Part shown: positions 12,201-23,480 of the stretch, in pieces
Position numbering within the stretch: position 1 is the stretch's first letter
How the letters are laid out: every line of letters begins with the position of its first letter
DNA from: Haliotis rufescens
Taxonomy: Eukaryota
Reading direction: 5' to 3'
NCBI RefSeq assembly: GCF_023055435.1
Contig: NW_025963846.1
Location: 7,502,001-7,566,000 of the forward strand
DNA length: 64,000 nucleotides
The notes under the pieces: generated by a model
Database searches by the model: none
What the model saw: only the letters and a program-made list of their open reading frames with translations
Told to the model about the DNA's origin: nothing
Translations under genes and position numbers: made by a program

Positions 12201-14727
12201 GTGTGGTGAGTTTTAATTGTAAATAGTCTCGAATGCTTGTTTCTACTCATACATTGCTGTGTGGTGAGTTTTAAATGTAAATAGTCTCGAATTCTGGTTT
12301 CTACTCATAGATTGCTGTGTGGTGAGTTTTAATTGTAAATAGTCTCGAATGCTTGTTTCTACTCATAGATTGCTGTGTGGTGAGGTTTAAATGTAAATAG
12401 ACTCGAATCCTGGTTTCTACTCCTAGCTTGCTGTGTGGTGAGGTTTAAATGTAAATAGACTCGAATTCTGGTTTCTACTCATAGATTGCTGTGTGGTGAG
12501 GTTTAAATGTAAATAGACTCGAATTCTGGTTTCTACTCATAGCTTGCTGTGTGGTGAGGTTTAAATGTAAATAGACTCGAATTCTGGTTTCTACTCATAG
12601 ATTGCTGTATGGTGAGTTTTAAATGTAAATAGTCTCGAATGCTTGTTTCTACTCATACATTGCTGTGTGGTGAGTTTTAAATGTAAATAGTCTCGAATTC
12701 TGGTTTCTACTCATAGATTGCTGTGTGGTGAGGTTTAAATGTAAATAGTCTCGAATTCTGGTTTCTACTCATACATTGCTGTGTGGTGAGTTTTAATTGT
12801 AAATAGTCTCGAATGCTTGTTTCTACTCATAGATTGCTGTGTGGTGAGGTTTAAATGTAAATAGACTCGAATTCTGGTTTCTACTCCTAGCTTGCTGTGT
12901 GGTGAGGTTTAAATGTAAATAGACTCGAATTCTGGTTTCTACTCATACATTGCTGTGTGGTGAGGTTTAAATGTAAATAGACTCGAATTCTGGTTTCTAC
13001 TCCTAGCTTGCTGTGTGGTGAGGTTTAAATGTAAATAGACTCGAATTCTGGTTTCTACTCATAGCTTGCTGTGTGGTGAGTTTTAAATGTAAATAGTCTC
13101 GAATTCTGGTTTCTACTCATAGATTGCTGTGTGGTGAGTTTTAATTGTAAATAGTCTCGAATGCTTGTTTCTACTCATAGATTGCTGTGTGGTGAGGTTT
13201 AAATGTAAATAAACTCGAATTCTGGTTTCTACTCCTAGCTTGCTGTGTGGTGAGGTTTAAATGTAAATAGACTCGAATTCTGGTTTCTACTCATAGATTG
13301 CTGTGTGGTGAGGTTTAATTGTAAATAGTCTCGAATGCTTGTTTCTACTCATACATTGCTGTGTGGTGAGTTTTAAATGTAAATAGTCTCGAATTCTGGT
13401 TTCTACTCCCAGCTTGCTGTGTGGTGAGGTTTAAATGTAAATAGACTCGAATTCTGGTTTCTACTCATAGATTGCTGTGTGGTGAGGTTTAAATGTAAAT
13501 AGACTCGAATTCTGGTTTCTACTCATAGATTGCTGTGTGGTGAGTTTTAAATGTAAATAGTCTCGAATTCTGGTTTCTACTCATACATTGCTGTGTGGTG
13601 AGTTTTAAATGTAAATAGTCTCGAATTCTGGTTTCTACTCATAGATTGCTGTGTGGTGAGTTTTAATTGTAAATAGTCTCGAATGCTTGTTTCTACTCAT
13701 AGCTTGCTGTGTGGTGAGGTTTAAATGTAAATAGACTCGAATTCTGGTTTCTACTCCTAGCTTGCTGTGTGGTGAGGTTTAAATGTAAATAGACTCGAAT
13801 TCTGGTTTCTACTCATACATTGCTGTGTGGTGAGTTTTAAATGTAAATAGTCTCGAATTCTGGTTTCTACTCCCAGCTTGCTGTGTGGTGAGGTTTAAAT
13901 GTAAATAGACTCGAATTCTGGTTTCTACTCATAGATTGCTGTGTGGTGAGTTTTAAATGTAAATAGACTCGAATTCTGGTTTCTACTCCTAGCTTGCTGT
14001 GTGGTGAGGTTTAAATGTAAATAGACTCGAATTCTGGTTTCTACTCATAGATTGCTGTGTGGTGAGGTTTAAATGTAAATAGACTCGAATTCTGGTTTCT
14101 ACTCATAGCTTGCTGTGTGGTGAGGTTTAAATGTAAATAAACTCGAATTCTGGTTTCTACTCATAGCTTGCTGTGTGGTGAGGTTTAAATGTAAATAAAC
14201 TCGAATTCTGGTTTCTACTCATAGCTTGCTGTGTGGTGAGGTTTAAATGTAAATAAACTCGAATTCTGGTTTCTACTCATAGCTTGCTGTGTGGTGAGGT
14301 TTAAATGTAAATAGACTCGAATTCTGGTTTCTACTCATAGATTGCTGTGTGGTGAGGTTTAAATGTAAATAGACTCGAATTCTGGTTTCTACTCATAGCT
14401 TGCTGTGTGGTGAGGTTTAAATGTAAATAAACTCGAATTCTGGTTTCTACTCATAGCTTGCTGTGTGGTGAGGTTTAAATGTAAATAAACTCGAATTCTG
14501 GTTTCTACTCATAGCTTGCTTAGTGGTGAGGTTTAAATGTAAATAAACTCGAATTCTGGTTTCTACTCATAGCTTGCTGTGTGGTGAGGTTTAAATGTAA
14601 ATAAACTCGAATTCTGGTTTCTACTCATAGCTTGCTGTGTGGTGAGGTTTAAATGTAAATAAACTCGAATTCTGGTTTCTACTCATAGATTGCTGTGTGG
14701 TGTGCTGTTTCAAATGTAAATAGACTT
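9272..14727. repeat. 58-bp tandem satellite array, about 94 units
   Basis: Unit gaattctggtttctactcatagattgctgtgtggtgagttttaaatgtaaatagtctc; period checked at 9331/9389/9447. Confidence 0.98.
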
Positions 14728-15325
14728 GTAAGACACAGGTATACGCCATTATCACATAGATCGGATATGTTCCATAAACAGGAAATACAAACAAGAGTCC
14801 ACCTTGTTTTCTTAATGAAGAAGGCGATGTTTGCACCTGCTTGTTCAATGACATTGACGTCACGATGTTTGTTATCGAAAGCGCACATGTTGTGCTCCTT
14901 ACAATCTCCCGTCCACTCCCTGTGACACAGCAACAAGAGAAATTAGTTGTAAACGAGGAATAGTGCATGGTTAATAGTTATCCGATATACTGAAAATAAT
15001 ACTGTCTTTAGATAATGTTAGAGTTGCTCCCCTTAGTTACCAGGACACACGGTTTCAGGGCTGATAGTACCATTCTCATCATTGTGTGTTTCACAAAGGC
15101 GAGTACCCTGCACATACAGAGCCTTAAGCTTGTCATGAAAATCTTAGCTGACACGCTGCGATATAACTGAAATATTATAATAAAGCGTCATTAAGCACAA
15201 TTCACCTCCTACGAGCCAAGTGTTGAAAACAGAACCACGCGCGAGAGAAAAGAACATTTATTGTTAATAATAAAGAATTACATGCCGGATTCTTTTTCAC
15301 TTCCCATGCGGATAGTACTGAGCTG

Positions 15326-15432
15326 GGTGTCGTTGTGAAAAACAACCGTAGCGCTGCGGCTGTCGTAAGTCTGTGTTGAGGTATGGGAGTTGCGATAACC
15401 TTAGCGCAAAGATCGCTTTGTACAACGGCACC
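15326..15432. mobile_element. Short hairpin MITE, PIF/Harbinger-like (CWG TSD)
   Basis: TIR ggtgtcgttgt/acaacggcacc flanked by CTG on both sides; internal tagcgc motifs shared with the copies at 27442, 32499 and 54143. Confidence 0.65.
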
Positions 15433-15944
15433 CTGAACATGAAGTATGTATATCATAAATATGCGCAATACACGGGCAATGTTATAAGAATTGCTGAAGG
15501 TATATGGATGATCCCCTGAAACAACGCTAGCCATTCAGACACATTGAGGGAATTAAATGGCAATTATTCTCCCAATAGAAATTAACATGTTTTCAGGTTT
15601 TAATGTTCGTGATGGACAGTGTTCCACGGTCGAATGCAAAGTTTACGTCTAGACCAGGTAATGGGTGTCATTCGTGAACTGAGACATAATCTCTGTGGAG
15701 TTAAAACGACCGTTATCTGCCAAGCTTTATCTCAGTCATAACAGTTAGTTTTGAATGACCAGAATCATATGTTAGGAGTGCCTCTATGCTCGCCTCTATA
15801 CAGGCTAGGATTGCAGTAGTACTGCTTTGGAGTCAAACTATAATTCTGCCGAACGATTGTCATTTGCTACAAGGCTTGGTTTAGTGGGCAGTCTATTTAG
15901 TGTATACATAGTGGTGATGTTCGATTGTCGGGAACAATCAATTT

Positions 15945-16062
15945 GAGTGAGTGAGTGAGTGAGTGAGTGAGTGGAGGGTTCGAACCCACAATCATAATTA
16001 GGTTTCTTCTCGCGTGCCCAACGAGCGCCTCAGACGACTAGACAACTCTGCTCCCCCGCCCC
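15945..16062 (-). mobile_element. SINE family B fragment with (GAGT)n
   Basis: ttcgaacccacaatcata, cctcagacgac and (gagt)n. Confidence 0.65.
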
Positions 16063-16867
16063 CTCCCAACCTAATTGTTTATGTTAGCCGGAACTTTCCA
16101 ATTTATATTTCACCAACTTTTCTAAAAGCTATTGATGGTTAGTTCTGTGTACAAGGAATAATTCAACGTTGATACGTGGGTAAATGCAGTCTCAGATTCT
16201 ATTAGTGCTGGGAATGCTAAATTCTTTCCTGAATCAAACGGTTTTCTTACTGACTTTGTAAGGAATTGAAATGACTCGATGAACTGAACACGACGCTCGT
16301 GAGGTTAATTGTCAATTTCGACAACTTTTATCATGTTGTTTAATGGTGTCCAATCCATAATGTTTTAAAGTTTCTACGTGATTGGTTCACAAGATGCAGG
16401 ACCAGACTGAAACTGTAATCTTGGGCCATGTTGACGAAACGCACACTAAATACACAATCCAATTATTGACAGGTTGTGGTGTTAATACAATAATGACGGC
16501 GATGCCATACGTCACAAGTATAGACTGTGACATTCCCAATACTGTATTTACGTTAATAACTCAGGCTGTGACCTTTGTTGAACCATGGCATCGTTTCATT
16601 ATGTGAATGATGAAGTCCTGTCCTGTCACTCCCTCTTATACGTATGACAAAGACGGGACTGATGTGGGCCAGTGTTTTTAACATGGTCAAACAAAAACCG
16701 GACGAAATATTATTAATGCTCTATTTTCAGACCTTTAACGATGTGGCAGGTGAACGGGGTTTTTTTTTATTGTGAAATGTATTCTAAATCGCACTGTCAA
16801 GCTTTACAGAATGGCGCCCAAATAGTATATCCTGTAGAAATAGTGAAATCACCATATGAGTACTATA

Positions 16868-16961
16868 GGGAGTTGGGTTTAACGCCGCTTTTAACAGTAT
16901 TCCAGTCATGTCACGGCGTGTCAGCTAAATGTGGGAGGAAAGCCCGCAGTGATGCAGGTCT
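16868..16961 (-). mobile_element. SINE family B 3' part running into the assembly gap
   Basis: ttaacgccgcttttaacagtattccagt..gtgggaggaaagccc. Confidence 0.8.
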
Positions 16962-17091
16962 NNNNNNNNNNNNNNNNNNNNNNNNNNNNNNNNNNNNNNN
17001 NNNNNNNNNNNNNNNNNNNNNNNNNNNNNNNNNNNNNNNNNNNNNNNNNNNNNNNNNNNNNNNNNNNNNNNNNNNNNNNNNNNNNNNNNNN
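16962..17091. other. Assembly gap (130 N)
   Basis: Run of N. Confidence 1.
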
Positions 17092-17308
17092 CCGGACCTA
17101 TGCCGATCTTATAGTGACATCCCACTGAGTTACCATGCCGCAGTTAAACATGGATACCCCACTCAGACACAGTACAGTCACTCCGAGCCGACCAGTCCTT
17201 TCTTTAACCAGGCAGGGTAACAACGTGTACCATCCAATATTGCCTTTTGGTATGATGTAGCCAGGGATCGAAACCCATGGTCACGACCTTCCACACACGG
17301 GGCAGACC
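17092..17308 (-). mobile_element. Diverged SINE family D (Meta-like) 5' part
   Basis: cactgag..ccatgccgcagtt..cccactcagacacagta..ctccgagccgaccagtcc. Confidence 0.75.
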
Positions 17309-17330
17309 AGAAAAACGTTATTCAGTATAA

Positions 17331-17609
17331 TTAGTGAGTGAGTTAGGCTTAACGCCGCTTTTAACAGTATTCCAGTTATATCACGGTGTGTCAGCTTAAT
17401 GTGGGAGGAAAGCCCGAAGTCATGCAGGTCTCTGACGTTTACCACTTCGGTGAAACCCACGAGCACGGGTATGGTGCTGACAAACCTAGGAACATAATCG
17501 GGGCGAACCGGGACTCGAACCCACAATCATAGGTTTCTGGCGTGCCGAAGGGACGCAACTCTGCACAGCGAATCGCGGCGCCTTAGACGACTGGGCCACC
17601 CGTGCCCCC
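17331..17609 (-). mobile_element. SINE family B, full length
   Basis: 13-bp TSD ttattcagtataa (17318-17330 and 17610-17622); A box tggcccagtcgtctaagg, B box ggttcgagtccc. Confidence 0.93.
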
Positions 17610-18361
17610 TTATTCAGTATAAGATCAAGGCCCATATTACATACATGAACATACAGTATCCACGTATTGCATGAATGTACACCCCTAATACGACTTCATT
17701 GGGTTTTTTAATACGTCTCTGTTTGTAAATCAATGTATAATTTAACTACATCATTTCGTATGAAAAAATAAAGTTGTAAGTTGCGCGTTTCGGTCCTAGT
17801 TGTCGTATTATGGAAAAGAGTATTATGTTTTATTAAGTTTTATTTTATGAAATATGTCAAACATGAGATGACATCCCGGGAACACGGATTCTAAATATGA
17901 CAAAATCTGCTTATTTGATCAGAAAAACCGACACACTGTTATAGCTCTGAAACTGTACAGACTCAGGCCATTTTATGTTTTGTAAATGAAATGATTTATT
18001 TCAAACCACGTTTTATTGATCTTAAGTGAAAATATATTCATTAATAAAAAAACAACCATTCATTGTTTTATCTCATACATTCCTGGGAATAGTCAACTAC
18101 CACGTAGAATTACCTTCATTCAGCATTTGTGATGCTACAAAAATACATGCTGCCACTGTCTAATGGCTATGTAAGTGTAGCTCTCATATTCGACCAGCCA
18201 TAATATTTCTCCTGCTCGTTGGTTCTGATAGCTGGGATATGAGAGGTGCAAAGGGGCCTTTTCCTGTAGTCCCCTGTGATGAATATGAAAGTCTGTCTCC
18301 AGAAAATAATATCTGATCTAATATCTGAGCACGAGCAACGCACCACGTTGTTGACACGAGA

Positions 18362-18591
18362 GTGAGTGAGTGAGTGAGTTGGGCTTAACGCCGCTTTTAA
18401 CAGTATTACAGTTATATCGCGGCGTGTCAGCTTAATGTAGGAGGAAAGCCCGAAGTGTTGCAGGTCTCAGACGTTTAACACTTCGGTGAAACCCACGAGC
18501 ACGGGTATGGTGCTGACAAACCTAGAAACATAATCAGGTTGATCCGGGATTCGAACCCACAATCATAGGTTTCTGGGCCACCCGTGCCCCC
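18362..18591 (-). mobile_element. SINE family B with an internal head deletion
   Basis: 13-bp TSD tgttgacacgaga; (gagt)n tail. Confidence 0.92.
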
Positions 18592-18704
18592 TGTTGACAC
18601 GAGAACACACACAATAGGTCGATATGAAACGACTCTGACGACAAGCGTTGGGGCTCGGAAACCCATTCTCCTCTGGTACAAGACCACTTCGTCGTTGGAA
18701 CTGG

Positions 18705-19225
18705 AACTGGAACTATCACGTTTAAATCATCAAATAAGTAAAAGATGTAATATTCTTGTGTGCTTGCCGAAATCATTTGTGAATGATGTATTGAAACTAT
18801 TGGCTGATCGACAGGTGGTTTCTTGGTCAGAAAGGTTATTGAGCAACACCGGTAAACTTTGAACATATAGCTTATTTAAGAAAAAATATGGCGCGGAAAA
18901 CTACGTTAAATCTTTAACTCGTGGATGGTCCCGAAGCGCCCTTGCTAAAGTTAGGTGCGGTATTGCCCCTATTCGAATTGAAACAGGGCGATATGAGAAC
19001 CTTCCCGTCGATCAGCGTATATGCCACTTATGTAAAAACAGTGTGGCAGAAGACGAAGTCCAAGTTCCTGTTTATGATGACTTGCAAAATGTCTGTTATT
19101 CTTATGGTCAATTTAAAAATTATACAAAGTTATGCTTTTAAATGTCCAGTGAAAATCTACAAAAACAACTAGCCAAAACCTGCTTCTATATTTTACAGCA
19201 AAGGAGAAACATGTCTTATCACTGA
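18705..19225 (+). mobile_element. Non-LTR retrotransposon ORF2 C-terminal fragment
   Basis: KL*TYSLFKKKYGAENYVK..RSALAKVRCGIAPIRIETGRYENLPVDQRICHLCKNSVAEDE: typical LINE C-terminal ETGR/CxxC..EDE region. Confidence 0.8.
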
Positions 19226-19299
19226 TGTTATAAGCCTACCTGTATATAGGTTGTATATCAGCTTTTATTACAGTCTCTTATTATTCCATGAGGAATGGA

Positions 19300-19532
19300 A
19301 CCCGTGAAGATCCGGGACATAATTGGTCTTCAGAGGCCCTTGTCGTAAGAGGCGACTAACGGGATCGAATGGTCAGACTCGCAGACTTGGTTGATGCACG
19401 TCATCGTATCCTAACTGCGTGGATCGATGCTCGTGATATTAATCACTGGATTGTCTGGTCCAGATTTTATTTACAGACCGCCATCATATAGCTGGAATAT
19501 TGCTGAGTTTGGCGTTAAACAACAAACAAACA
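19300..19532 (+). mobile_element. SINE family C (non-tRNA structured head, (AAAC)n tail)
   Basis: 8-bp TSD aggaatgg; matches the copies at 33022, 50565 and 53552. Confidence 0.88.
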
Positions 19533-20189
19533 AGGAATGGCCTATGTATTTTAATCCAAAAGTGTGGTTTAGGTCTGCTTGTACAAGTACATGCACGGAT
19601 AAATGCCAGTTCTATAGAGCCAGGCCGCCTGATATAACACGTGGCAGGAGAACATGGACACCCCACTCAGACACAGTATACGGACTTCTGGCGAGCAGGT
19701 TCCTGTTTTATGCCCAATATTCACTACATGCGGGTACAGTGTATGTACAGGATTCTAAGAGCTGCATTTGCTTGTACACCACTGAAGGTCGATGGATGTA
19801 CACGAACGTTAAATTCGGAAAATATATATGCCTTGTGACCGCCATTTGACTATCCGTTTGGTAACTCGAAGTGATCAGGGTCAGTTGAATTGTGAGTGAC
19901 AAGCAAGTGACGTCACATTTGTTAACCCATGTACAACGCGCTAATCTCAATGCACTGTGACACGCTCGAAGCACACACTGAAACGTTTCTTGAGATAGGT
20001 TTGGTGGAAGAGATGGATTTGGGGATACTGCTTTGAATTGGGGATACAACTGCTGCCGCAGTTGAGTAGATATGTCCCCGGCCCATGGCGTGTTGACTTC
20101 GCAGCAGGGACAGTCGTCAGGGAGGAATTTTCCTGAGATGGAAGTGTCTTGTTTTTATGAAAAAATTAAGTTAACATGTGACATAGGGC

Positions 20190-20431
20190 TTGTTGGTTGT
20201 TAACGCAGCAATATTTCAGCTACGCGGTCTCTAAATGATCGTGTCTGGACCAGACAATCCAGTGACTGACATCATGATCATCGATCTAGGCAATTGGGAT
20301 ACGATGACACGCATCAACCAAGTCATCGAGTCTGTCCACCGATGCCGTTGATCGTCTCTTACGACAAGCACAGTCGCCTCTTACGGCACATTTGTTGCTT
20401 AAGACCTATTATAAACATGATCTTCACGAGT
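20190..20431 (-). mobile_element. SINE family C, diverged
   Basis: gtctggaccagacaatccagtga..tcttacgacaagc..gatcttcacgag. Confidence 0.8.
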
Positions 20432-20959
20432 AAGCATTCAAAGGCCACAGATCAGCAGAACATTGTAATAATCAACTCGGGACATTGCCAAGGATAGAAT
20501 AGTGTTGTTGCAGAACGTTTTCAGATGTTTCGCATCTGCAGGAAGCAAACCTGTGAGATGAGTTGTTTGATGGCCATTACTTAGAAGTTGACGGATGACA
20601 GCCTTGCTTAACAATGGTATACACGTCGTCTCTACAGTAAATAAAGAAATTGTCTGAGGTGAGGTCCCCGATTTGAGGTACCTAAAAACACGGGTGGCTT
20701 TTGGCCTCTTACTATCCTAATACGGTAAAACTGTAGTTTTATCTAACATGGTGTGATGAAGGTTATATATAACCGACATATTGCTACGGATGACAGATGA
20801 AGCGGTGTGCACAGTAGACTAATTGATGTTTTGTCCTGGAGACAGCCAAGGACAGTTGTATGTCGGATCTCCACATAAATCAATGCTTCCTCAGACGGAC
20901 TAAGAGGAATGGTATAAAGCCTTTGATAAACATTTAGAAGTTGGGAGAACATGAATACA

Positions 20960-21045
20960 TCACACTTTTTTATGGATTGCAACTTTTGTTATTCTTTGTA
21001 CGACGTTTCAGAGCTACTTCTTGCTCCTTCATCGGGTAACTGCTT
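20960..21045 (-). mobile_element. Penelope-like terminal repeat fragment with hammerhead-like motif
   Basis: Minus strand CCGAUGA-A-GGAGC..GCUCU-GAAA-CGUC followed by aagttgcaatccataaa, as at 22280 and 50167. Confidence 0.55.
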
Positions 21046-21072
21046 AGAACGTGCATAGAATGCTAGATATAC

Positions 21073-21770
21073 TTTCTTACTTACTTTGGAGATTTAACGT
21101 GCGCTTTCCGACTGATGCGTATTTCGCACACGGGCCCGGCCAGGCCATTTAATGTGTTTCCGAAAGGGGCGAAAGTGGTCTGTGCAACCCAAGAGGGGGG
21201 TTAAGGGGTTGCTTATATAGAATTTGGGAATTTTGAGATTTGGAATAGATGCCGATGGGGTTGGGGAGGAGAACTAAGGGAGCTGGGTATGGTGGATGTT
21301 TGTTTGTTTATGTGATTTTGATTTGGTAGGTTATTGTGTTTTTAGATGCGTTTTATTAGTTCCGTTTTTATTAAGAATACGCCTAAGGCCTTGAAGTTTT
21401 CTAGTTTATTTTGTGGGTTTAGTATTGCTTCTAGAGTGAGAGCCTTGTTTAGATTGAGGGTGGTTTGTAATGCGGTTCGATGTGTTAGGTAGTGTGTGCA
21501 GTGGATGAGTGCGTGTTCTGGGGTTTCTGGTTGTTTGCAGTGTGGGCAGTTACCTGTAGTGTGTTTTTTTGGGTTTTTTTAGGTGGTCATTTAGGTTGGT
21601 GTGTCCTGTTTGGAGTTTAGTGATTACTCTGTCGATTTTTTTTGATGGATGGAGAATTTTTGGTTTGGTAAGTGGTTTGCTGAGCACTTTTTTGATTTGG
21701 CTATTTGAGTTTAGAAATAGGTTATGCCATTTTTGTGATTTTTTGCTTGTTTACACTTTTAATTTCTGAT
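21073..21770 (-). mobile_element. I/Nimb-like LINE 3' end (5'-truncated)
   Basis: ITKLQTGHTNLNDHL..GNCPHCKQPETPEHALIHCTHY (CCHC knuckle), then a 3' UTR ending GTGCG..CGCACGTTAAA and (AGTA)n. Confidence 0.8.
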
Positions 21771-22264
21771 TTTGAGATATATAGATTTAGATATATACAT
21801 CATGGTGATATTTATACAACACAAGGTGGGAAGAATGAACAAAGATAACAAAACAATGACAAAGCCAATGACATAGGGTTAATTACAAAGATAACAATAT
21901 AATGACGAAGCCAAAGACACGTTTAATGTACAAAGATAATGACGAAGCCGATCCGCGATGGTATAGGATTAAAATAACATTATAATGACGAAGCCAGTGA
22001 GATTAACAGGAGAGTATTTATTAAGTACACTGAAGGTGACAAGGATCAGGCTATTTTGACACAAACAATAATGTAATCCAGATGTCTATTGTGGTAGATT
22101 TTGTGATTATGGCACTGTGGAGAACTCGCTGGGTAGGTAGATAGTTGTTGTATTTGTACACATTGTCAGTAGACTATTAAAGTTATATGATGGACTTTAT
22201 TCAACTATTATGATTGTTTGCCTCGAGATAAATACGCAAATAATCGAGTAAGAAAAAAATAAGA

Positions 22265-23480
22265 AAAATTGTACAACTTTATGGATAACAACTTCTGGCT
22301 TATTGCACGTAGCGACGTTTCGATGTAAATTCTTCAACCGTTATAAGGCTGGAGTGACAACAACCAATGGTGAGAGGTATATATGCATGACATGTTGTGA
22401 TAAGCAGCAGATTAACATAGACAACAACGGTAACAGATAACAAGCAGATAACTGGATAAAGCCAAATGTACAGTACGAATAACAATTAGCACACGTGTAG
22501 TGAAGCCATATATACAGTGAGGATATGTAATAAAGGGATATACAGTTGTGACAAGCTGATTGGGTCCTAATTAAAATAGAATATTGCTTAAATAGATCTT
22601 CATAGGCAGACGCGATATAATACCCCTCATCTCTGTTGATCAAAGGTTTGTGACTTTGGTCTTTTCTATCGCTCCTGAGAGTGTTCGTTTGGTGAAGATA
22701 TTTTGTTGAGAGGATTTGGACTTTGTCAAACTAAATTTGGAGGCTAGGGAATTTTTGCTGGTGGTCTGAGGGGGCTGATTTGCTGTCTGCGATGGCTGTT
22801 GAAGCCTTGTGTTCTTTGGTGTGGGTACCTACTGGGCGGTAGGTTTCACCAATATACGAATCACCACAGTCACAATTTATCGTATAGATTACTTCTTTAG
22901 GGGGTTGCTTGTTGGAGGGGAGTTGCGGTTAATGTCTTGCCAATGTACATGTAGGGTAGGGGGATTGTGAGAGGGCGGATTCTGGTCTGGTTGGTTTGGG
23001 TTTGGGCTGGAGATGGATGGAGATGGTCCTCGATTAGCTTCGTGGGATACTGTTTGAGGTTCGTGAAGACGTGCTATAGATGTTTAAGTTCCTGATTTAG
23101 TTCAAGGTTGCTGTTCTTGGCTCTTTTGGTCAGTGGGGTGATGATGCCAGACTTAGTGTTAGGGGGGTGGTTAGAGTTGAAGTGAATGTTCTGGTAAGAA
23201 TGGATAGGTTTCCTGTAGACGGTAGTTTGGATCTTGCTGTTTGGGTCTCTGGGTACAAGGACGTCTAGAAAGGGGAGTTGTTGTTGGTTGTTCTCTGTCT
23301 CCATGGTGAACTTAACTCGGGGGTGCTGGGTGTTGAGGTGCTGGAGTAGGGAAGTGGGGTCCTGTTCTTTTCTGAGGATGACAAAGTTTGTCGTCTACCT
23401 TCATGTACAAGCAGACGGGTTGGATTGGGGATGCGGAGAGGGCTTGTTCTTTAAAATGGGTTATGTAGATTTCTGTAAGG
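22265..23480 (-). mobile_element. Penelope-like element remnant (RT C-terminus, GIY-YIG endonuclease, terminal repeat)
   Basis: KVDD..HPRVKFTMETE..LPFLDVLV..TTVYRKP..HFNSNHP; VIYTINCDCGDSYIGET; INRDEGY; hammerhead-like motif at 22311-22350. Confidence 0.9.

Noticed and set aside
9272-14727. CRISPR-like array, or hammerhead (CUAUGAG..GAAAC on the minus strand) in the 58-bp repeat
   Set aside because: There are no unique spacers and no cas genes, and the context is eukaryotic. The motif lacks G5 and stem II.
18568-18582. SINE head deletion as GT-AG splicing
   Set aside because: The junction retains the G (CCCAGAAACC), which fits CCAG microhomology rather than splicing
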